Source of the DNA: a virus
Lineage: Duplodnaviria > Heunggongvirae > Uroviricota > Caudoviricetes
Reading direction: 5' to 3' (one strand)
IMG/VR virus record: IMGVR_UViG_2778261227_000013
Span: 1-16,267 of that record
DNA length: 16,267 nt
In this document: positions 1-6,654 of the stretch, piece after piece
Layout of the letters: each line of letters starts with the position of its first letter
Numbering within the stretch: position 1 is the first letter of the stretch
Made by a program: the position numbers and the translations under genes
The notes under the pieces: generated by a model
What the model was told of the DNA's origin: nothing
The model's database searches: none
The model's input: only the letters and a program-made list of their open reading frames with translations

Positions 1-1731
1 TTAGCCTGAGATATATTCGTCCGCTGCGTTCTTGATTATTTTTGACCTAACATTTTTAATGTACGGTATTTTTTTCAGATCATCCCTCGAACAGTGAACG
101 ATATCACCCACTTTAGGATAGGTTTCTTTTATTCGGTCGCATATTGCGTTACTAATTGACAAGCAACTAACCGGATCATCAAGAAGTTGTCCTACAATTG
201 ACCTTGTTGGTACAGGTGTCCCACACTTAGGACAAAACTTCGCATCTCCAGGTAACTCAGCGGAACAAGTTTGACACTCATCAGCTGATTCTTTCAATTT
301 TTCTAAAAAACGCTCTAATTCAGAATCTGCTGCGCCAAATTCTTTATAATCAGCGAGAGATAATAGTGTTATTATCTCCCCGAACTTATTAGATACGAAT
401 GCTTTTTCAGTGAAAAGTAATGATAAATTAACCATGTAGCGCTGACCCGATTTTCGATTAGACATCTTCACGGACCCTTGCTTGGAAAGAACACCAGAAT
501 AACAAAGCAAATCTAGAGACAATCTAAGATTTGGAGAAATAACGGGAGGAAGAACAAAAAAAGCAGATTGGGTTTGAGTCTTTTTCTCTCTGTTATTTTT
601 CAATCTAAGCTCAGGGATAATACACTCCCTAAGAATATCAAGTCCAATGCGAACATGGTGAGAATACTTAGGTAATCGTTTTGAAAGCCCTAAATGATAA
701 GGTAATAATTCTTGATTGACATAATCCTGAGTGCAAGTTAAAAGATCTCTTTCAGTATAACCTTTCTCATATACTTTATTAAATAAATGGAGAAATGCTC
801 TAGGGTTTCCGGATGAAAGATGAATACATTGATCTAGCAAATCACCTTTAGCCAATATTCTCTTTTTTGCTGCTCCTTGTGTGACCCGTTTATCTAATAG
901 ATCACGATATAAACGTCGTGTTCGTTCCCGCCCAATATTTCCAGTTTCGTATCCTCCGAGGTTTATCATCATGGCATCTTGACCAACTTCAAAATTTTTA
1001 CCATACGATGTAATTGACGGATATACAGCCGCCTTAACTGCAATTTTACCGCCATGAAGCAATTTAAATATTTCGAAGAATATTTCTTGCTGTTCTGGTA
1101 TAAAGGTATGAGCAGCCTCATCAAATAAAAAAACAATTCTATTAAGTTGGTATTCTTGAATTATCTCCTTGATGATGTCATTTACATAACTTATATCATT
1201 AACCTTATCTAAAAAATCCTCTCCAATTTCATTCAACAATTTATCTGAAGAAGGATCTCTTGATAACCTTTGAAGCAGATGAATTTTAGATTGTAGAGCA
1301 TCTTTCATCCCAGTTATAGTTTTAATCCCAAAAATTCTTTGAAATGGATCACTGCTATTATTGTCACGAATGACATCTAAAAATATCAACTTTTCGTACA
1401 AAGCTTGTAGTAACTTAGCGCTTACCCATATCTGAAATGCATTTTTATTGTCAGCTTTAACCCCTTCCAGCAAAGTACTGGTTTTGAAATTAACATATAC
1501 CCCCACAATCTTTTTAACAGGAAAATCACTATCTAATTCAGCTTCTGCCGCTCTTAGAAGCATAGACTTTCCAATTCCTCTGGCACCCTGAATCAGATGA
1601 GAGCCCGCTATTTTTAGTTTTGCTACAACATCTTTTTCAAACTCACCAAGAACAGCCAGTTGTTTGACCTGTTTCAACTCAAGATCTTCGGTACGTGCTG
1701 CATGTAATAACTCAGTGTCTAACATAGACAT
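1..1731 (-). CDS. P-loop NTPase with C-terminal zinc ribbon and RpoA alpha-CTD-like helix-hairpin-helix domain; candidate defence/cargo protein
   Basis: Complete 576-aa ORF with ATG at 1729-1731 and TAA at 1-3. Walker A GARGIGKS near residue 50, Walker B-like IVFLFDEAAH, and an SSGNPRAF sensor-like motif. C-terminal CQTCS...CPKCG four-cysteine ribbon, then a segment resembling the RNA polymerase alpha C-terminal domain (LSISNAICDRIKE...VGDIV...DDLKKIPYIKNVRSKII). One-nucleotide TAATG overlap with the upstream gene; GAGGT upstream. Very AT-rich. Confidence 0.8.
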   Translation of the reverse strand: MSMLDTELLHAARTEDLELKQVKQLAVLGEFEKDVVAKLKIAGSHLIQGARGIGKSMLLRAAEAELDSDFPVKKIVGVYVNFKTSTLLEGVKADNKNAFQIWVSAKLLQALYEKLIFLDVIRDNNSSDPFQRIFGIKTITGMKDALQSKIHLLQRLSRDPSSDKLLNEIGEDFLDKVNDISYVNDIIKEIIQEYQLNRIVFLFDEAAHTFIPEQQEIFFEIFKLLHGGKIAVKAAVYPSITSYGKNFEVGQDAMMINLGGYETGNIGRERTRRLYRDLLDKRVTQGAAKKRILAKGDLLDQCIHLSSGNPRAFLHLFNKVYEKGYTERDLLTCTQDYVNQELLPYHLGLSKRLPKYSHHVRIGLDILRECIIPELRLKNNREKKTQTQSAFFVLPPVISPNLRLSLDLLCYSGVLSKQGSVKMSNRKSGQRYMVNLSLLFTEKAFVSNKFGEIITLLSLADYKEFGAADSELERFLEKLKESADECQTCSAELPGDAKFCPKCGTPVPTRSIVGQLLDDPVSCLSISNAICDRIKETYPKVGDIVHCSRDDLKKIPYIKNVRSKIIKNAADEYISG

Positions 1732-2420
1732 TATAAAACTACCTCACTAGATTTAGGAAATGAAGATAGCACTTCTTTTCTTATCTTATGACGAACAATA
1801 TTGGAATTAATTATCATACCCAAAACAACCTCAGCCAGACCTATGAACCTCTCCCAATCTTCACTTTCAAAAGTGAACTTATTAGGCAAATCAGTTTCAA
1901 ATGAGGTTATTTTTCCATGAACGATATCACTTAATTGTCCATAAATTTTCTGTGCTCTTCTCATATCAATAACACATACTTTCCCTCCTATCTTCTCATT
2001 TTCTGTGAAGTAGTCTATATAGCCTTGATTTGTTATATGCTTCAACATATCACTGAAACTTAAGTCTTCATCATGATTTTTCCAAGAATATACAACATGA
2101 GGCATATCCCAAAGATAAATAGATGCGACACCTAGTTCCAAAACTCTCCTTAGAACAATATTAGCTGGTTTATCTATGGCACAGGCAGAAAGATATAAAG
2201 AAGATGACGTATCAGCAATAATCTCACTAAAAATTTTAATACAAACATCATGATGAACTGATGTTTTCTTTTTATTCAAAATTTCAGCAATCGTGTTAAG
2301 AGTGAAAATTGAGATAATTACTTTATCTAATTTTTTATCTTGTATGCCCTGCCATTCACGAAAGTTACTATTGAACTTATCGCTTAGCATATTAATTATC
2401 TCAGTAGGTGATTTGTTCAT
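1731..2420 (-). CDS. Hypothetical protein (229 aa), first gene of the AT-rich cargo operon; no recognisable motif
   Basis: ORF with ATG at 2418-2420 and AAGGGA upstream. Its stop overlaps the start of the downstream NTPase gene by one nucleotide, suggesting translational coupling. Same AT-rich composition as its partner. Confidence 0.7.
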   Translation of the reverse strand: MNKSPTEIINMLSDKFNSNFREWQGIQDKKLDKVIISIFTLNTIAEILNKKKTSVHHDVCIKIFSEIIADTSSSLYLSACAIDKPANIVLRRVLELGVASIYLWDMPHVVYSWKNHDEDLSFSDMLKHITNQGYIDYFTENEKIGGKVCVIDMRRAQKIYGQLSDIVHGKITSFETDLPNKFTFESEDWERFIGLAEVVLGMIINSNIVRHKIRKEVLSSFPKSSEVVL

Positions 2421-2520
2421 TTATTATGCATATCCCTTGTTTTTATCTGTCAATCAATAAGATAATAAGTATAATTTTATAATACAAGAAAATAAAAAGC
2501 CTTATTGATGTGTTTTATTG
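2421..2520 (-). promoter_or_regulatory. AT-rich putative promoter region for the two-gene cargo operon
   Basis: About 100 bp of very AT-rich non-coding sequence directly upstream of the 229-aa gene, at the composition boundary with the island backbone. No specific -35/-10 hexamers were assigned. Confidence 0.3.
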
Positions 2521-2741
2521 CTACTAAAGCGCGCAATGCTCTCCCCAGCAGGCCTGCCCGCTACACAGAGCAGTTTTCATGCAAGTGCATGATAAAAGCC
2601 TATCAGAATCGGCAGTTTTCAACATAAACGCCCACTAGCTACAGAGTGCAATTTTTCGTCATCGGCAATATCAACAACTAAACGCATAAATCAGACAAAC
2701 TGCTACCCGGCTCAATTTTGAGCCGTCTTTTAATCAACGGG

Positions 2742-2921
2742 TTATCGCCGCAGCATGTCCGGTTTCTTCCACTGATACGGCCTCACATCATCATGCTGGT
2801 GGCGTTCCTGTTGCAGCACAACGGAAACAGGCGCTGAACACCTGTTAATTTTGCTTGCTGGTTGTTTGATTTCGGCAATGCTGCGGAGCATCTCCAGCAT
2901 ATCGGCTTCGGTGATGGTCAT
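2742..2921 (-). CDS. Possible small protein (59 aa), hypothetical
   Basis: ORF not in the supplied track (below its size cutoff). ATG at 2919-2921 with AAGGTG about 8 nt upstream; translation MTITEADMLEMLRSIAEIKQ...DMLRR; TAA at 2742-2744. Confidence 0.25.
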   Translation of the reverse strand: MTITEADMLEMLRSIAEIKQPASKINRCSAPVSVVLQQERHQHDDVRPYQWKKPDMLRR

Positions 2922-2952
2922 GATTTACACCTTAGGAAATCTTAGGGGCTGG

Positions 2953-3205
2953 TTGACACTTTCCGGCTTAGGACCTTAACAAATCTTAACATCGCAGGTT
3001 GACACACTTGACACTTTTTCGCGAAAAACCTTATCAAACCTTAGCATTTCTAAGCATGGCAACTTGACACTTTTCGCGATTTTTTCGGCTTTTTGACGTG
3101 GTAAATCTGGCGAAAGGCCAGTAATGGCGCGGCTTACAGCGAGGTTGACACTTTTTCGCGTTCAGAGTGTAAAGTGTCAACCTGGCAAGCTGCTCAACTT
3201 GACAC
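2953..3205. repeat. Array of seven TTGACAC motifs (six direct, one inverted), three extended as TTGACACTTTT(T)CGCG; candidate protein-binding or packaging-recognition array
   Basis: TTGACAC at 2953, 2999, 3008, 3064, 3145 and 3199; inverted GTGTCAA at 3174. A TTGACGTG variant lies at 3093. The array sits immediately downstream of the Nu1/TerS-like HTH gene. Confidence 0.6.
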
Positions 3206-3214
3206 TTTTTGATG

Positions 3215-3742
3215 TCATTGATGGTCTGATTTTTCCCATTCAGCCAGGGCGTTTAGCCCGGCTTCACTCCATGATTCCAGTTCATCGGGACAATCACCTG
3301 CAACATAGCAGAGTTCGCAACGCAGCATACGAATTGCCAGCCTGGCATTACCTCGCAAATTGTATTGTTCAAAGTAATGCTGCCCGTCGCAATCCTCAAG
3401 GCAGATAGCACCATCATCAAGAAAGTGCACTTCCCAGCCTAATTCCCCGGCTGCATCCTGCACACGCTGCTGTATGCCCTCGTCCGTTGCTGGCGCAGGA
3501 ATTTTACCGCCTCTGGCCTTAACTGCTTTCCAGAACTCGCCCCACGTCATTTCCAGCGTTCTCTCTGGCCACATTTCAGAAACTGTGTCTTTTCCCTGTG
3601 CTGGTGGGCTGTTCCGCTGCTCTGTCGCTTCCACATCGATTTTTTTACCGGACATGACCACTTCGCCTTTCTCGATCCAGTCGTAAACTGTCTGGCGGCT
3701 TACGCCTTTGTGTTTGGCATATTCTGCCTTACTCATCAGCAT
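3215..3742 (-). CDS. Nu1/small-terminase-like N-terminal HTH protein (175 aa); possible packaging-redirection (Rpp-like) protein
   Basis: N-terminal SKAEYAKHKGVSRQTVYDWIEKGEV resembles the winged-HTH of lambda Nu1-type small terminase subunits. AAGGGTGAG upstream of the ATG at 3742; 6-nt gap from the upstream gene. Confidence 0.6.
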   Translation of the reverse strand: MLMSKAEYAKHKGVSRQTVYDWIEKGEVVMSGKKIDVEATEQRNSPPAQGKDTVSEMWPERTLEMTWGEFWKAVKARGGKIPAPATDEGIQQRVQDAAGELGWEVHFLDDGAICLEDCDGQHYFEQYNLRGNARLAIRMLRCELCYVAGDCPDELESWSEAGLNALAEWEKSDHQ

Positions 3743-3748
3743 TATGAC

Positions 3749-4420
3749 TCACCCTTCTTTTTCCAGTTGAGCCAGCCGCCCGGATATTTCTTCCAGTTTT
3801 TCCAGGGCTGGCTTGCAGGCCGCATCAATAACGTCCCGGACCATTCCGGCAAGCTGTTCTTCTGCTGTCGGCGTTGTTACTTCCACGCCCGATGGTTTCC
3901 CGCCCTTATCCCAAACACCAAGCGGCACGAGCGCAACGTGATCGATAAGAAATGGCGTACCCTCAATAAAAAAATTGTCCTCGCCCATTACATCAGGAAC
4001 TTCTGCCCCACCTGAGGCACCACAAAACACAACCGACGGACTGGTGGATACCTCCCCTCGGGCTTTCTGGATGTAATCGATGATTTCCTGTCCGTAAATC
4101 CGGCATACGCCCCACACCTCGTCACCGCGAATATACGGCAACATGACGGTGCCAATAATGCGCGACCGTTCGCCCACGTCTTCAAGGGTTTTGCTTTCGG
4201 GATGGTCGATAATGACGGGTACTCCGGCGCAACGTTCCAGGAACTGCGGATTGAGATAAGTTTGCGGTGAACGCCAGACAAATTCTTTTTCTTCGGCGCG
4301 GTAGGCCATTCCGGTTCCTGTGATACGCAGGTTAACCAGCCACATGTTGGAAAACTGATAAGGCGACGGTAGCTGTCCGTCCCGAATCTGCTTCGCCGCC
4401 TCAATTTCTGTTAAAAGCAT
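3749..4420 (-). CDS. Hypothetical protein (223 aa)
   Basis: Long ORF in operon arrangement with the downstream HTH gene. No clear Shine-Dalgarno before the ATG at 4420, so the start is uncertain. An imperfect hairpin lies in the upstream intergenic region. Confidence 0.6.
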   Translation of the reverse strand: MLLTEIEAAKQIRDGQLPSPYQFSNMWLVNLRITGTGMAYRAEEKEFVWRSPQTYLNPQFLERCAGVPVIIDHPESKTLEDVGERSRIIGTVMLPYIRGDEVWGVCRIYGQEIIDYIQKARGEVSTSPSVVFCGASGGAEVPDVMGEDNFFIEGTPFLIDHVALVPLGVWDKGGKPSGVEVTTPTAEEQLAGMVRDVIDAACKPALEKLEEISGRLAQLEKEG

Positions 4421-4484
4421 AATGTTATCCGGTTATAAGCAATAAGCCCCGCCAAATCCGGCAGGGCTGAACTCAGCACGTTTT

Positions 4485-5063
4485 TCATGCCCCCGCGAGG
4501 CTTGCAGTGTTAATTTTGACCAGGCGACGGGGAGGGATTTTGAAAGCACTAAGCCAGTTATTCGGATCCCCCTGATATTCAGTAATCCGCCGTCCGGCTT
4601 CATCCATTCTTACGGTTTTACGCAAATAGCCCGGCGTATTTTCCACAGCCCACTGAACACTGTCTTTTGCAGCCTGGTAAATCTGATCTTCCAGCACCGC
4701 CAGCGTTGCAGAATCTGAAACGGAACGAATATCCACATCACTGAATTTTTTAGCCAGCTTCTGTGCACCAATTAATGCACGCTTGCGGTAATCCATCGAC
4801 TTTTCGCCAGCAAACGGGGCCGGAGCGCGACGCCCCATATTGCTGTATGCGGAATCCGCTTTGGCCTGGGCTTCTGCCAGTGAGGATTCATCTTCGACTG
4901 ACGCGACGATGTTTTGATTAGCGTTATCCTCTTTTATGAAATCCTGTGCGGGGATCGCATTCAGAATTTCGATAATCTCCTGCGGAGTGCTTCCCTGCGA
5001 CTCTGACAGAGCGTTAACCACCTCCATCAGTTTTAATCGCAAATCTTCTTTGCTTGCTGGCAT
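4485..5063 (-). CDS. Hypothetical protein (about 192 aa)
   Basis: The track ORF begins at a GTG at 5072. An ATG at 5063 preceded by GAGAGGTGG is the more likely start (MPASKEDLRLK...). Confidence 0.6.
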   Translation of the reverse strand: MPASKEDLRLKLMEVVNALSESQGSTPQEIIEILNAIPAQDFIKEDNANQNIVASVEDESSLAEAQAKADSAYSNMGRRAPAPFAGEKSMDYRKRALIGAQKLAKKFSDVDIRSVSDSATLAVLEDQIYQAAKDSVQWAVENTPGYLRKTVRMDEAGRRITEYQGDPNNWLSAFKIPPRRLVKINTASLAGA

Positions 5064-5102
5064 TTTTACCACCTCTCTTTTTTCACCAAAAAATCACGAC
5101 CA

Positions 5103-5276
5103 TCAGGCCGGACGTTCTACGGGATAAAGCGCCCGCTGCATTAAACGCCGGGCGACCTCATGAATGCTCGGAGCAATCCCCAGCGGAGAATTGCGGCGTT
5201 CCTCGTCCTGGATGCGCTGTAATGCTTCAATCTGATCACGAGCGAGTAAAACGGGTTTCACGCTGGCTTTTCTCAT
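5103..5276 (-). CDS. Small hypothetical protein (about 57 aa)
   Basis: AGGAG lies 8 nt upstream of the ATG at 5276 (MRKASVKPVLLARDQIEALQ...). The track's longer start at 5300 lacks a suitable ribosome-binding site. Confidence 0.5.
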   Translation of the reverse strand: MRKASVKPVLLARDQIEALQRIQDEERRNSPLGIAPSIHEVARRLMQRALYPVERPA

Positions 5277-5410
5277 AGTCATATCTCCTGAACAAAACAA
5301 TGGTTATGATTGCATAAACTGAAATGACGATCTACATCATTGCAATTTATGAAACGATAACGCATGATGATCGCGTTCTTCCCATTGACTTCAATCACCT
5401 GAAAAACAAA

Positions 5411-5472
5411 GCCCGCAACACTTCTGGCTGCGGGCTTTTTACTGGCACAAAAAAGCCGGGAAAAATCCCGGC
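5411..5472 (-). terminator. Tandem intrinsic-terminator-like hairpins downstream of the PerC-like gene
   Basis: GCCCGCA...TGCGGGC hairpin at 5411-5435 flanked by T/A runs on both sides. GCCGGG-aaaaat-CCCGGC hairpin at 5455-5472, followed on the minus strand by TTTTTT. Confidence 0.6.
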
Positions 5473-5477
5473 CTCCG

Positions 5478-5765
5478 TCACTGACTGCAATTTTTCGATC
5501 CAGGGTATTTCCTGAATGCCTTACCATTGGGCTGATGTAATCCCATCCCGGCATGTGCCCGGCTGATGGTTTCGCGCATCTCCCCGAAATTATCCTGCCT
5601 TGCTGGTGGGCGTGCTGCCTTGCGGATACATTCCGCGCGACGTTTTGCCGCCTGTTCCCGTGCCTTGTCATCATTCGCCAGCATGATGACCTCAGCCCAC
5701 CGCGCCGCCGCTCTCCGGTACAGACCACGCGCTTCCAGTGCTTCCGCTTTGCTGTCGTGAATCAT
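5478..5765 (-). CDS. PerC-like small transcriptional regulator (95 aa), tentative
   Basis: Translation MIHDSKAEALEARGLYRRAAARWAEVI... matches my recollection of the PerC-family N-terminal signature. ATGA overlap with the stop of the upstream ProQ/FinO gene. Confidence 0.55.
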   Translation of the reverse strand: MIHDSKAEALEARGLYRRAAARWAEVIMLANDDKAREQAAKRRAECIRKAARPPARQDNFGEMRETISRAHAGMGLHQPNGKAFRKYPGSKNCSQ

Positions 5766-6346
5766 GCGCCTGTTTTCTCCTTTGCTACCCGGCGCTGACG
5801 TTTGCGCTTCTCATTCAGCGCCACCAGCCGCGTTTCTGCGTCCTGTTGTTCCTGTGGTGTCACCTCGCCGCACGGCTGGCCTTTCAGGTCGTAGCGTACC
5901 CCACCAGCCATTAAGGCGCGGTAATAGCGCGGACACTGCGCATAAGATGCCAGCGTCGCACGTAATGCCCCTGGCCCGAATGCCAGCCCCCTGACGGCGA
6001 GATCCTGCATCAGGTCGTCGAATACCCCCACCTTTAGCGGCTTCGGTGCTTCCCGGCTGAATAATTCTGGCCACAACTCAGTGAGGCGGTTAACGCGTCT
6101 GCGGTTTTTTCGCTGCCGTTTGGTCATATGCCGCCACGGTGTCGCCCCTGTGGGCTTCTGCTGCGCTTTCTGGTTACCGGGCATCACTTTATGCGCCGAT
6201 GTGGTTTTATCCTGCTGCTGCTGCTGCGCCGCCTTCGTCGTTTTCTGCGGCGTGCCGTAAATGCCTTTCGGTTTTCTGTTAATGGTCAGCTTAGTCATGC
6301 TTTGCCCCATCGTTTTTACTGATTGTTTCATATCCGGTACTTTCAT
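5762..6346 (-). CDS. ProQ/FinO-domain RNA-binding protein (194 aa; start uncertain)
   Basis: Segment LTELWPELF...PLKVGVFDDL...LRATLASYAQCPRYYRALMAGGVRYDLKGQPCGEVT parallels the ProQ N-terminal FinO domain (PLKIGIFQDL...RVDLDGNPCGEL) as recalled. Basic, Q-rich N-terminus. No good ribbon-binding site before the first ATG. Confidence 0.75.
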   Translation of the reverse strand: MKVPDMKQSVKTMGQSMTKLTINRKPKGIYGTPQKTTKAAQQQQQDKTTSAHKVMPGNQKAQQKPTGATPWRHMTKRQRKNRRRVNRLTELWPELFSREAPKPLKVGVFDDLMQDLAVRGLAFGPGALRATLASYAQCPRYYRALMAGGVRYDLKGQPCGEVTPQEQQDAETRLVALNEKRKRQRRVAKEKTGA

Positions 6347-6351
6347 CTTCT

Positions 6352-6637
6352 GGGTAGAGGGGTAGACGGAGGGTAGATAACAAAAAATAGTCCTCTACCC
6401 ACTTAACTTAATGAAAAAAAACAACTTTCACACATTAGGTAGAGGGGTAGACCGTAAAATAGAAAAGTTTGAAACTTACTTTCTTACAATCTGTGTTTTC
6501 CTCTCGCTGTATAAAAAGTTTTTTGAGCGGGGATGTTGTCTACCCCTCTACCCACTTCTCTGAAAGCCTTGTGCTACGAGGGATTCAGCGGGTAGACAAT
6601 AAAAAATCACCATCTACCCTGTGTCTACCCATCTACC
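6352..6637. repeat. Iteron array GGGTAGA(G/C/T) in direct and inverted copies with A-rich spacers; putative replication origin
   Basis: Direct copies at 6352, 6360, 6371, 6438, 6445 and 6590. Inverted copies at 6393, 6538, 6546, 6612, 6623 and 6631. A-rich spacers between clusters. Located immediately downstream of the primase/helicase gene. Confidence 0.75.
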
Positions 6638-6654
6638 TGTTACGGGTATTACTC

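Noticed and set aside
2400-2950. Left attachment site (direct repeat of the tRNA 3' end)
   Set aside because: Only a 7-nt GATAATA coincidence was found at 2461, with no extended match to TGGTGCCGATAATAGGAGTCGAACC, so the boundary is most likely outside the window.
2953-3205. TTGACAC array as a CRISPR array
   Set aside because: The repeat unit is only 7-16 bp, spacing is irregular (9 to about 80 bp), one copy is inverted, and no cas genes or leader are present.
2500-3250. Recognisable lambda-type or P2/P4-type cohesive-end (cos) sequence
   Set aside because: By eye I found no match to the cos core sequences I can recall, and my recollection of them is uncertain. The packaging-site proposal therefore rests only on the repeat array and the adjacent TerS-like gene.
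3124-4015. Plus-strand ORFs at 3124..3408, 3474..3686 and 3710..4015
   Set aside because: They overlap the TTGACAC repeat array or the minus-strand HTH and 223-aa genes, and show no start signals and odd composition.
3988-4404. Alternative-frame minus-strand ORF (138 aa) inside the 223-aa gene
   Set aside because: It is nested in a different frame of the longer ORF, and its Arg/Ser/Cys-rich translation is not protein-like.
5279-5728. 149-aa minus-strand ORF and the other ORFs at 5324..5515 and 5553..6074
   Set aside because: They overlap the PerC-like and ProQ/FinO genes and the terminator hairpins, and the translations are extremely Arg/Gly/Ala-rich, consistent with off-frame reading of GC-rich coding sequence.
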